A DNA stretch of 64,000 bases, from assembly GCA_039096225.1 (NCBI GenBank), contig JBBPEB010000003.1, positions 186,001 to 250,000 of the forward strand, written 5' to 3'. Made by a program: the position numbers and the translations under genes. This document shows, in pieces, positions 43,171 to 63,114 of the stretch (position 1 is the stretch's first letter; the number at the start of each line of letters is the position of its first letter). Below the pieces are notes generated by a model. It ran no database searches. It was not told the DNA's origin and saw nothing but the letters and a program-made list of their open reading frames with translations. Origin of the DNA: Blastocystis sp. Blastoise (Eukaryota > Protista > Bigyra: Opalinata).

Positions 43171-44093
43171 TATAAATACATTTCGTTTCTTCAGAGAATT
43201 CGCAGGGAATACTTGGAATACTATCTTCAGTAGAAGACATATCCCCGTGGTTATTCTCAGAGATAGTTACTATATTAAGTTTGTCTTCACGGTTATTTCT
43301 AGCGTTACAAATATGTAGAGGAGAAGAGATAGTAGGTGATGGAGATCGATGTAAGGAAGAATGAATATAATTAGAAGAAGAAGAAGAAGAAGAAGTAAGT
43401 AATTTTGATTGACCTATAGAACCTGCACGTTTATATAAAGAAGATTTTAAAGTATTTTCTACTTTTTGTGTAGAAGACACGTGTTGATGAGGATATAGAG
43501 TAGATTTTGGCAGGGAATAATCAGGAGGAGAGGGTTCCCGTTGAGAAATAGAATTATTGATATTGTCTACTTCCCGCGGGGATGTTGGATTTGAATGTGA
43601 TGATGTTCTAGTAAGTTTAGTATATGATGTAGTTGATAGAGATTTAGAAGGAGGAGAAGAAGAATGAGATAGATTTTCACGATTATATAGAGAAGATGAG
43701 AATTTAATAATAGGTGAAGGTTGTTTACGAAATAAATTAGTTGAATTATGAACAGGAGACATAGCTCCTGAATGTATATATGTATCAAGAGGAATAGAAG
43801 GTATAGAAGGAGAAGGAGATACTATATGAGGAGTAGTAGGAGTAGAAGGAGTAACAGGTTTTGTGTGAATATTCACGGGAATTACATCTGGTGGAGGTGA
43901 TTCTAAAGGTGCTCTATCTCGTTGTATAGATGTTTGTATAGCATCTTCAGAATAATCATCTATATTAAGGTCTAATATATCATCATATTCATGAATATCA
44001 ATATCTGAATAAGAAGATTCTATAGTTTTATTAGTTAGAGAACGTGTATCTATTAATTGTGGAGGACGAATAGAAAGAGGATGAGAGAGAAAC

Positions 44094-44140
<47 letters not shown>

Positions 44141-46468
44141 GAGAGTATCAATAGATAAATTGTTATTATAATCTCCAATAGGATTCGGAATAGATTTTAA
44201 GACGTTTTCAGATGGATTCAGCGTAGAGACTGTAGGAAGAGAGGGTCTTATTTTATCGGATGTACCAAATTGAAGTTTAATATTATTTCTATTCACTGTA
44301 TTCGTTTGTTGTGAATGAGTAAATGAGGACATACACAAATTGTCTTCGTTGATTTCTTTAGGTTCAAGATCATCGTCCATTTCTTCTATAGATATATTAT
44401 GTATATTATCTTTTATAGTATCTGAGTCATCAAATTCACTATCTCTATCTTGAGAAGGATCAGGTATATTGATCTTAACACAAAGTCTATGAGGTCTAGC
44501 AGTTGATAAAGGAGATATTATATTTGTATTATTACTATTATTATTATTATAATCTTTATTATTACTATTATTACTATTTTTAGGTGTAGAAACAGAATTA
44601 ATAGTAGATACTTCTTGAGAAGAAGAGTAAATAGATGTTCCACGAGAACGAGGAGAAGAGATAGGTATAGTTAAAGGATGAATGTTAGTATGTGCTTTAT
44701 TAGAATTGAAAGAGAATGCTGTTGAGAGAGGAGGTTGTGATGTAGATCGATAACGAGGAGAAGAAAGATTAATAGTAGTAGTAGTAGTAGTAGTAGTAAG
44801 AGGAGGAGGAGGAGGGAGAGTGACTGCCGAGGGAGAAGATGGGGAATTATAAAGAGAAGAAGAAGGAGTTATTGTATGTATATTTAATGAAGTTGGAGTA
44901 GTATTCATTATTGATGGATATTTATTAGTTTGTAAGGATAATGGAGGAGATAATTCTGTTTGTATAGAATCATTAACAGAATGAATATGATGAAGAACAC
45001 TAGAATAATATAGCAAATAGAATCATCTTGTAGAATATAATCTTATAATAGAATATTGAAGAGAAAATATTATGAATAGAATATATGAGAGAAAATATTT
45101 ATAAAAAAAAAACATATATAACAAAGAATAATAAAGAATAAAAGGTTAATTAATATATACTAATATATATAATAATAAATATACTTGATAGCATAGAATA
45201 ATACATGACCACAATGTTTACATTTATATTCTTTTGTAAATAGATTACTAAATTGTAATTTAACACTGATATGATTCTCTAATAAATGAAGAATAGCCTT
45301 GGGACAGATATACTCCTTGAAACTGGCACGTTCTTTATCATCTATAGATAATAATTATAGTATAATAATTAGTATATTTATTTTATATAAAAAGTATATT
45401 AAGAAAATATAAGAATTATACATAGAATTCTATATATAATTCTATATATAATTATAAATATTGTTATATATATAATTCTATATTTATAATTCTAGACATA
45501 ATTCTATATATATACATAGATTGACACTATCTAGTACTTTTCGATACAACATAAATTGATGGGCCATAAATACATTATATCCCGATCGTTCAAACTCAAT
45601 TAACTGATGTTTAAAGCCTTTATAAGAAAATAAGCATAGTATATAAGAATAAGAAGTAATAATAGTATATATAGAGAAACAAAGGTAGATAACAGTAAAA
45701 AATAAATAGAATTATTTTAATAATCATATAAGAATCAATATATATAATAATAATAAACATAATAATATACATTCATTGATAGAAACACAATCATATTTCG
45801 ATTTGATAAGTTGATAAGCTTTTTCGAATCCATAATTGTATTTCTTCATAATATAACTGATTACAACGGCAGGTGAACGGCTAATTCCTGCTCGACTAGA
45901 AAATATAATAAATAAATATACCCAAAGTACATATATAAAAAACAAAAAGTAAAAAATTAAAAAGAAATAATTAAATAATAATATTTAAAAAAATAAAAAT
46001 AAAAAAAAAATAATAATTAAATAATACAAATTAAAAAATAAAAAAAAAATACCAATGAACTAAGACTCGTCCTTTTGTATTCTTTGGATATGATTTATTA
46101 GAATCACTTTTCAATGCATTATCAATGAATATAAAGACAGCTGGTAGATAAGGAAGAAGAGAAGATTCAACACCGTCTTCAATTGTCAGAAAAAGATAAT
46201 TTGATTTCTAAAGAGTATGAATAGATTATATAAATATGCGAAATAAATATAAATACGGTCTCATTTAGATTCTCAGCTTTTGAACAGTTAATAATATGGG
46301 TAATTCTTTTGTTGGATAACAATGTATAATCATTTGCAGCTTGTTGTGTTCCAATATAGAGTCCGTCGATGATCTCATATATATCGTTTCTCTAAAATAG
46401 TCACTATAAAGGTATAACAAAAAAGTACATACACAAATGGTATCAAGAGGAAGAGATAGATGATTCAT
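42277..46468 (-). CDS. Dual-specificity phosphatase, DUSP12/Yvh1-like, with a split zinc-binding domain
   Basis: EIIDGLYIG, ITHIINC, IED and VLVHC|RAGISRS in the phosphatase domain. YKCKHCGHVLF..NVLHH, then a long S/P/T-rich stretch, then CDIYIEIMKWM..YCSECNERVG..KCPCG..IYKERV. Confidence 0.88.
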
Positions 46469-47040
46469 CAGTATATATTATTATATTGAATAATGCAACA
46501 ATAAGATTGTTTGCTATTTACAACGTTTTAAGTTCAAACTGAGAGATTTTAAAGTAGTTTCAAATTCAATTCGCTTTTTTTTTGGGACTGTTTTTTTTTG
46601 TCTTTTTTATGGCTTTTTCACGGGGATTTCCCAATAGAAAAGTTAGAAATTGATAGATCTATAAAATGATTGGTTGTTCTCCTTGAAATTTGTTGTCAAT
46701 TGTTTGGGAAGAGTTTTTCTTATTTGTAAATATATGTACAGTTAGTTATCATGAAATATTTAAAAATAAAAAATAAAAATAGTAGAGTAAATATTTTGGA
46801 TCATATTGATAACGATACGTATGATTTCAACGATAGATTTCAAGATAATAACATACACATTTAAGAAAAGTGTCGATACTTCATATATGAAGAATTGAGT
46901 ATACGTGGATATGGGACGAAGAATGAGAACAATACTTGAGGTCGTAATATTTTCGTATAAATAGTTTATTCAGTAGAATGTAATGGTACACAATAAAAAA
47001 AAAATATGAATAATAAATAAGAAAATAGAGTAAAGAACAA

Positions 47041-49251
<2,211 letters not shown>

Positions 49252-50313
49252 TAGTTATTATCGACCGTTCAATTATCAGACTAAAATAAAAGATAATCAA
49301 AGTGAACTCCTTTTTAATAATGTATAAGGATACTCAATTGAAAGATTTCTCCCAGAAAACAATTATTCCCATAATTCTCATCGTCTCATCAAGTTTTATC
49401 CTTTCTGTTGTTTTTCATATTGTTTTCTACTATTATTCTTTACAAACATACTTTATAAAATGTTAAAAACCATCCAAAAGCATATATATGCTATTTAACT
49501 TTAGAATTATACATATCATTTAGTTCATGAATCATTGCCACTCTAAATCAAACTCTATTCTATTACATATCATACGTATAATTCAAACATGCATCGATGT
49601 CTCTCGTATTTAAAATAGCCAATAATTCATTACAAGTAATCCCTGAATTATCACTGTTTCATTTATAGAATTCCTTCATATTAGTTTATTTCCATGAGAT
49701 AGTCGATATCTATTCAATAACCTTTTAAGTAGACATTTGAAAATACAATTTTTAATAATATATAAATATATTTTTGATTATTCCTTGTTATTTTTATACA
49801 AACTATCATCAAAGAACTATTTCTTTTTAAATAAATAAAAATATATATGAATCCAACTCAATAAATAAGTCAAATTACAAACACAATTGTTCTTCATCGA
49901 ATGTTAGACTTCTAGAAATAAATACAATTCTTAGAATAATGCTATTCAGATCATTAAAAAGTGTGAATCGTTAAGAAAACTGTATATAAATAAACTAATT
50001 CTATCGAATACTAAATAAACAAAAAAAACAAACAAAATGGAAGAATGAATCATTGGAAATGCAAAATGTATAGGAAAAATGATGGGAATTCCAAGGGACT
50101 GGCTCTTCTACGAAAAAGAATCGATTGGATCCAATCAAAGATTCAAATAAGGTTGTATTAACGAATCACAATTCATTTGAAAAACCACAGAATTCAATAA
50201 ATGAAGAAGGGTGGTGTCAACAAACCATGAAATTTCATCACCAAATAAAAAAAATAATTAGAGATTTGAATTGGTTTTGATTTTTTCTATTATTTATTAG
50301 TGATCTATTTAAT

Positions 50314-50572
50314 ATGACTCATTCAAGGTTAGTTAATACTTCTTCCGCTGTTGAGACGCAACAAGTTGAAAGAAAAGATAATTCTATTCAAATGACCAAT
50401 TACTCATGCGCTGAACCATTATGTTATGCTTGCAAAAGACAAATCAAGTTAAAAGAAAACATATACATGTATTTTTTAACAAAAGTTTTAAGCATTTTCT
50501 ATTTTATATAGGTTATGTGATATGCCATTCTGTTCACAAAGTTGTAGAAGTTATTTTATTAAGAAGGATTAA
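50314..50572 (+). CDS. Small FCS-like zinc finger (zf-FLZ/DUF581-like) protein, 71 aa
   Basis: Removing intron 50469-50511 gives LCYACKRQIKLKENIYMLCDMPFCSQSCRSYFIKKD*, i.e. C-x2-C-x17-FCS-x2-C. Confidence 0.8.
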
Positions 50573-51533
50573 ACTCCTTATATCTAGATTAGTATAGACT
50601 TCTTTATTTTATTCAAATTCTCAAGATTTTCTTTTTCTATTTTTTTATTTTCTTCTTTTAAACTTGTATACTTGAAGTAACTATTGAAAGTATAAATCTG
50701 TTTTATCGCTTTTTCTTTCTTTTTCTTCAGAGTTTTCCTTTTGATTCTTTTCCTTAGAGGTATTCTTATAGAGTTGTAGTTTATTTATTATTAAATACTC
50801 TATTTATTATCTTTTGATCTTTATTAATATATATATATATATATTTTCATTCAGTTTTTGAGTTCTTTTAATATAGTTTGTACATTATTCTATATTGTCG
50901 TTTATACTTATAATGATGACATACTCAATACTACTTTATGAATGTATTTTTATTTTCATTTCTAATTCATCCTTCTCTATGTAACTATGTAAATAGTTGT
51001 TTCTTTTGTCGTTATTCTTGTATAATAATTATATATATTTTTTATCATTGTAAATGATAAGAAGTTGTTGTCTTTTTATTAATTCATTTGATGATTATAT
51101 ATGAATTTCTCACGTATTTAGATGCGTTTGCATATATAAAACATTCATTGACAAGAAATGTCCGTGATAATTATGAAATTTTGCTTCTACAAAAATATAA
51201 AAATAGATCCGATTCATCTAATTAATACTATTAATATTAATTATTAAGTTTTGAATAATGAACAATGGCCATTGGAACTAAAAAACATAATTTATTTATA
51301 CTGTTTAAGACTCTATGAATATTCTTGAATAGAGTACTCATCATATTATAAGTTTTTACTTTTCCTAGATACTTTATACACATAAAACATAACAAAAACA
51401 AAAACAATATGAGAGATTTATCAATTCTGACTATAAAAGAATTAAAAAACCGTAAGAAAATGGATGTTTTGAATAAAAACATATTTATCAAAAAAGTCAT
51501 ATTTTTGTTTTTACGTTTATTCGTCTATTAAAG

Positions 51534-52394
51534 ATGATTCGTTCATTGATTTCTAATAGTATTCATAACTACAGTTCATTGAAATGTATTGCAACTCAAA
51601 TACCTGTTAGAAACCTTGCAACAAAAGTTGTAGAAGAACCTAAATGGCCAAAATATAACGTTTGTTCATTACCATCTACAATGAAAGTGACTGAAGGTCA
51701 TATCAAACTGAAGTCACCAACAAAAAGAGCTGGTTCTTTATTAAAAGAACTTAATGATGAAGCATGTAGACAACACAAATCAAAAGTAGATGACTTTTCT
51801 TCTGGTGATTTAATAGAAATTGTTGTATATATATTTGATTCTATGTTTTTTTTCTATTTATTTATTTTATTAAATTAATTATTTCTTTATTTTAATGTAT
51901 TCTTATTGTTTTTTTTAAAGATAGCATATATTTCATTATATACTTTTTAATTATATATATATATATAGATGAAAAAAAGAGATAGTCAAAAGAATGAAGA
52001 TAAATATAAATGTATTGTTATAGGGAAAAGAAATCGTTCTATTAATTCTACATTCAGTTGTTTAAGTGTATTTATTATTATTTGAGTTTTTAGAATAGTT
52101 AATTTGTTATATAAATATAATTTATTTATTTAAAGTTTCTTTATTATAAATATAATTTATTTATTTAAAGTTTCTTTATTATACAAATATTATATATATA
52201 TATAGATTATATCGGGTCAACCAATAAAATTAATGTTCCAAACATATCAACCTGATATTAAAGAAATTAATTTAATACAAAAAGCGTTTATTCATAATGG
52301 AGAAAAACGAGTAAGAAAATCAAAATTATATTATATTTATGATACTTATCAGCAATATGCTAGTAGATTTGGATCTAAAAATAGTACTAATTAA
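51534..52394 (+). CDS. MRPL19: Mitochondrial ribosomal protein bL19m
   Basis: Presequence-like N-terminus; DFSSGDLIEI, CIVIGKRNRSINSTF and KRVRKSKLYYI; two introns. Confidence 0.88.
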
Positions 52395-53071
52395 ACTTAT
52401 ATTTATTAATTTTCATATATATATTTCTAAATTAAACTGAATGATAAATATCATATTTTTTATGTTCATTTTTGTTGAGTTTATTTATATATATATTTGT
52501 TATTCTTCTTTTTTTAAACTCATATATATATTTAAATATTATATAACTGATATAAACAACAAGTTTTATGTTACTCTATACAACTTTAAAAAGTGATTAT
52601 CAAATAATTGAATTTTTTAAATCCATTATACTAACAATCTTCATATTGAACAACGAAACTTTCCTAATTTCTATGATAACTGCTAACACATAAGACAATT
52701 CCATTAATTGAAACAAGCATCTTGTATAGACTAGTGCTGATTAAACAACAATTAACAACCAAATAACTTTAGGATTCAGTTTCTTATTTCTTAACTCATT
52801 GATATACATTTAATAGAAACCATACAAGAACTCTCTTCTCTATAACTAGTATGAATTACACTCAAAACATTCATATAAATTTAATGGAAATCTTACTAAA
52901 AACAAGAATCAATATGATTGTTTCATTTCTTCATTTATTTCTAGCCTCTCTACAAAAATAACGGGGAAGACTATATTCTCACTTCAATATTTGATATTTC
53001 CACGAATATATATTCATTACAAAAAATAGTCTCTCTTTTCAAGGTAAGTTTTTTATCTAGTATATCCAAAA

Positions 53072-53468
53072 ATGAATGACACTTTAAAACAAAGGATGCT
53101 TGTATACACATTCTTAGCATGTTTCTTCTTCACATTTGTCTTATATATATCAATAGCGCGGTCAAATAGTGTGCATAATATGAATACAACACAAAGGCTA
53201 TGCTCTTACCCAAGTCATAAAACTGTAATATTGGTCAGTGATTTTGAAGTGAATGGATTTACATCGCAGTTAGCAAAGGATATCGTCAATCATAGTCAGA
53301 CGATCGTTCTTACCAGATTAAATACAAATTCACTTCGAAACTTTAATCCAGATCCTCCAAAGACAAAACGTAAGCATTTTTTCGAGCTCTTATTTGTTTT
53401 CATAATCATCAATGTTTTTTTCTTTATTCTATACTCATAATAATCTTAATGTTTATATAGGTAAATAG
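53072..53468 (+). CDS. Small hypothetical type II membrane protein (~100 aa), possibly truncated
   Basis: N-terminal TM segment (LVYTFLACFFFTFVLYISI), then KTVILVSD. The intron GTAAGC...TATAG leads to an immediate stop (RK*). Confidence 0.5.
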
Positions 53469-54114
53469 GAACAAATAATCCTTGTCATATTTTGTTTTAT
53501 TGATCAGAATACAATTTTTTTTACTATATATATATATATATATTTTCATCGATTAAACAGTCACTTTATAGAATTTCTATATATTATTGCTATTCTATAT
53601 CAAAACCACTATTTTTTTAATCATTTTTTTTATTTGTTATATACATTTATTGAAAAACATAAATCTATATAAGTATTATTTTATTATTAAATTAAGGATC
53701 CATTTTTCTTATTACATTAATTATTCATTATTCTTTATTACATATATTTCTTTTTTTTTCATATATTCTCATTGTTTGGAATATATTAATATTTTTTGAA
53801 TATATCTTTTTTCTACATAAAAAAAATATATTAATATTCATATATTCATTTTATTCATACTCTATGATATTATTTAAGTAGAGATCTTTTCGTTTTATCT
53901 ATTACATATTTTCTTTTTTAATTTTATCTTTTTAATATGGATATAAGGATATACGCTTTCAATAATGTTTAGTTCTTTTATTGTGTATATAATTAAGCGA
54001 AGATTGAATAAGTTATTGTGAAATATACATTGAAGTTGTGTTAATCATTGCTAATTAATTACTTATAAGAGAATAAAAATATATAACAACACATTTACAA
54101 ATATTTACATAAAA

Positions 54115-54693
54115 ATGATTATTCATCCAACTGAGAAAGATATCCCAGAATTAAGAAGAAGCATTGTATACTTTTATATAGAATTTATATCATCTATTTT
54201 AAATTAGATTGCATTATTTAATACACCATTTACAAAATCAACATTTAAAACTATTTTTCAAGTCAGTCAATATTGCTATATACAAAAAGAAGAAAATAGT
54301 ATTGTATCGGCATTATTATGTTCATTAGAATCAAGACACATATTAGAAATAAAATCGTTTTATACATTGCCAGCATATCGTGAAAAAGGCTTTGGTATTT
54401 GTATTTAGTTAAAGTTATGGATATATTTTATGTTTTTTTAGGATCATCTTTATTATCACAGCTTATTCATGATTTCAATAATCAGAATCTTCTTACTTCT
54501 ATTAGTCTTCATGTATATATATTTATATTGAATTATTTCATTTATTTCTTAGGTATTAAAAGAGAATCAAGAAGCTGTTTCTTTATATAAAAAATACGGT
54601 TTTATAATTATTAGAACTATTGAAAACTATAATCGAAGAGTAGAACATGGTGATGCATATTTAATGGAATATAAACGAATTAAAAAAATGTAA
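54115..54693 (+). CDS. GNAT N-acetyltransferase, NAA50-like
   Basis: Four exons; IKSFYTLPAYREKGFGSSLL, ISLH|VLKENQEAVSLYKKYGF and IENYNRRVEHGDAYLM. Confidence 0.85.
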
Positions 54694-54915
54694 TTATTAA
54701 AAAAAAATATATTGTGATGTCTTTTGTTTTTTTTATGTTGAATAATCGAGTTAATATTGTTAATTTTATTTTAAAATGAAGATATACAGAACAACATAAC
54801 AATATATTGATTATATTTCGTATAAAAAGGAAATATTGATAATTCACACATATATAACAAAAATAGAATAATATTTGAATCCTATAAAAAAAAAACAGTT
54901 TTATATATATATAAT

Positions 54916-59228
<4,313 letters not shown>

Positions 59229-60222
59229 ATTGTTTTAATATTAGCAACTCAAGAAAAGAAATAGCAATAGAAAAACAAAGCTCAAAATGTCTGGTTAACG
59301 GTATTTTTACGGGAATATGTAATTTATTACTGAGAATTCCATTTCTTTTTTCTGTTTATAAAACTTTTCATGTATCTCTGATCATACGCACCTTTGTTGT
59401 TCAAATTAGTTTAAAGACTATTATATGGACAGAGATCAGACATTGTGACATATTAAAATCAGAAAATAAATGAATGTGATTACTTTTTATTTATCAAAAT
59501 TGAGATTTGTTTTTATTATTCGTTACTCTTGCTTATGTTCATACATGTAGGTTCCAAAAAGTGAATATAAATGATAATCAATTGAAAATTTGTTCTTTGA
59601 TTGCCATTGTTAGGTCATTTTAAACCTTCTTAGTGCTTCCACATGACTAGAAAGACTATGTGTAATAGTGTCATTATAGATATGAAAATGATTGACCATA
59701 GTTAAAAAACAAAACATAATTGTACATTTTTCTTAATAACTGTGTGATTCAAATGTTTATGAAACTTACATTATATCACCTTCTCATTCATTCACATGCA
59801 TATTTATATAGTCTATGTTCTTGAAAGTTTTTCTTTGTTGATCAACGCTATTCATTACCTACTTTTTATTAAATCTTATAGATCAACAATAATCATAAAC
59901 ACAATGAATCTTGATAGATAATATTTCATTTGCACATTATTTAAAAATAATGAACTCTTTGATGTGTCATGAATTCGAGGAGCTGAAAGAAACTTCTTTC
60001 ATTGGGATCACATGCCTTTTAGTTCGTTTTAAATGGGATTTGTAGAATAAGCCAATCAATTTATAGCGTCCATTTGTTAAAAAAACAAAAATGCATCTTT
60101 TAGAATTCTATACAAAAAAAGCGAATTCGATTTATTTATAGTGGAAAGTCGTTTCCATTCTTAAAAAGAAAACAACTGGTTTCATTATATTTTTCTTTTT
60201 GAATTGAGATAAATAATTAAAA

Positions 60223-61021
60223 ATGTTTAAAAGTTTCGTAACTAATCATAAGCTCTTAACTACACTCGGTGTATGTATTGCAGCATCTTCGACTCCCTTA
60301 ATTAAAAAGGACAACAGAGTAGCATTCAAAGAAACTCTTGATGGAGTTTCAAGAGGATTCAAACTCACAAAAACAGTAGCCTTTCTTGCCATTGACTATA
60401 AATGGTCATTTCGTGGATTGACTAGAGGTTCTCAAGCTTATATGGACCTTTCTAAAATTGTAAATAAGAGAGAATCGAAACGAGTTGCTGCTACATTCTT
60501 AGACCTTGGTGGAGTTTTTGTGAAATGTGGTCAAATGATTTCTAGTGGTGGTAAAGCGATTCCAAAAGAATGGACAAATACAATGAGTGTTTGCCAAGAT
60601 AAAGCGGAAGGTGTTCCCTTCTCGGATGTTGCCAGAGTATTTAAAGAAGATTTTGGACTTGATGCAAATGATTTATTTAGTGAGATTGACCAAGTAAGCT
60701 TTTTATATATATTTTATTGAACTTATTATAATGATATATTATATATATTATATATTATATATAAATAGGTACCTGTAGGAGCTGCGTCATTAGCTCAAGT
60801 ACACCATGCAGTGTTAAAGACAGGAGAAGAAGTAGCAGTAAAAATACAATATCCACATTTAAAGAAACAATTGAAACAAGATATTAATAATGTTGAACGA
60901 TTATCACGAATAATCGCGAAAATGTTCCCTAGTTTTGATTTAATGGTATATTCAAGTTATTATTATTTTTATTATATATAATAGTTATTGAATTTATTAT
61001 GGTATTTGTTTATATGTTTAC

Positions 61022-61058
<37 letters not shown>

Positions 61059-61519
61059 TATAGTGGATGGTACCTATGATGCGTAAAGAGCTTGAGCGGG
61101 AAACTGATTTTACTTTGGAGGGAAAGAATGCTCAAGATTGTAAAGAATACTTTGCCTCTCATAAGGATATCTATATACCTACTATATATCCAGAAATATC
61201 TAGTAAGCGTGTTCTTGTCATGGAATATATTAACGGAGTGAAAGTATACTTATTTATTTATTTATTTATTTTTATTAATTAATTTTTATTTATTAATTTT
61301 CATTTATTTATTTATTTATTTATTTATTTTATCTTATGCTACTATCAATTATCAATATATTCTATATATATATATATAGATTAATGATCCTGCTGTATCT
61401 ACTTCTATGGGATATAATATAAGAGATGTTTCGAAATCATTTGTACGTGCTTTCGCTGAAATGATATTCGTCTATGGTCACGTGCACATTGATCCACATG
61501 CAGGAAACCTACTTGTATA

Positions 61520-61551
<32 letters not shown>

Positions 61552-61886
61552 TTAGTCTATTTATATTAATTCTCATGATACTATATAATAATTCCTTACA
61601 AGTGTATATATAATTATTTATTCTTCGTTTTCTAGGTACGTCCTTCTCCTTCGAATCCCAAACAATATCAAGTGGTTATTATTGATCACGGTATGTATTA
61701 TCATCTAGATAAAGACTTTCAAACCACTTTCTGCAAACTATGGCAAGCATCCATTCTGAAGGATAAAAAGACCCTTCATGAACTATGTGTATCACTCCAT
61801 ATGGAAGCATTAGAATTCATTCTCCCCATTATGTTTATGGGTCAATCTATGGACTCTGAAAAGAAGTATATATATACATTTATTCA

Positions 61887-61949
<63 letters not shown>

Positions 61950-62588
61950 GGATAGGAGAAGATATGGACAGAAAGGATTTCATGAAATTACATAATACGA
62001 TGATGAAGCATCAAGATCCAATGGAAGTATATATATATTATCATGTTATATATATTATATATATATATATTATATATATATAGATGCTAAATGCTATGAA
62101 GAACATGCCTGAAGACTTTAAATTCTGTATGCGTACAATTCAAATGGTATATATATATATATATATATATGTTTATTATTCATATTATTATGTCTTATAT
62201 AAATACCTCCTATTCTTATCATCTATCTCTATGATTATATTATATTATATATCTATATACATATATATAGATGAATGGTTTGAATCATTCCTTAGGAGGT
62301 AGTAATAGTGATCGATTATATGTCATGACAGATGCCTCTCAAAAAGGATTAGATTTACATAATGTTGATTTCAAACAATATAATATAACTTCACATATTA
62401 CACATTTCTTCCATTATCTTCAACTTAGAATAAAACTTGCTTATTTGGATATTGTATTACCTATAATGAAGTATTATATGAAGAAGCAAATAGAAGCGAT
62501 GGAGAAAAAGAAACAAAAGGAACTAGAAAATAAAGAGAAGGAAGAAGAACAGAATTCATCTTTATTAATTCCCGCGAAACTTGAATAA
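60223..62588 (+). CDS. ABC1/UbiB (ADCK1-like) atypical kinase, copy 1
   Basis: LGGVFVKCGQ, PVGAASLAQVH, VAVKIQYP, ETDFTLEGKN, LVMEYING, HIDPHAGNLLV and IIDHG. Confidence 0.93.
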
Positions 62589-63114
62589 ACACAATTTAAA
62601 GATATTCTATATACTTACATATATTCTTATTATATATCAATAATAATATATATATATATAGTTTCTTTTATTTTTTTTTTGAGTCATTTCATTGTATAAC
62701 TATTACCTATCTATATTCAATTATTTCTTAAACGTTCTTAATATTATTATTTTACGTTCTTTCTTTATTCTTATTTCCCTTCTTTTATTATATATATTTT
62801 CAAATAATTTTCTCACTAATATTTTTTGTATTCTAAAATGAATCTTTATACTATTCACTATTTTATATAATTTGAATAGTATATCTCTTTTTTTAGTTGT
62901 AACTATTCTTATACTTTTTGTTTTCATTATTTTGGGGTCGTCTATTTTTTTCGTAGTTTAATCTTTGTTTTGTTTTGTTTTTTAACTATTTATTATGTAT
63001 AATCAAATACTATAATATTTAAACAACTAGATATCCGTTTTTGATTTCTAAATATAAAAAGAAAACGATAAACAACTTTAGTTATAAAGTTTCCTATAGT
63101 GCTATTTTTTATTG

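Noticed and set aside
49281-49333. GTATCCTTA...TTTTAG possible U12 GT-AG intron in the UVRAG 5' UTR
   Set aside because: Non-coding, so frame cannot test it, and the branch site match is weak; needs RNA data.
53044-53060. 17-nt GTAAGT...TAG micro-intron
   Set aside because: Far below the ~30-nt minimum seen in this window and there is no coding constraint to support it.
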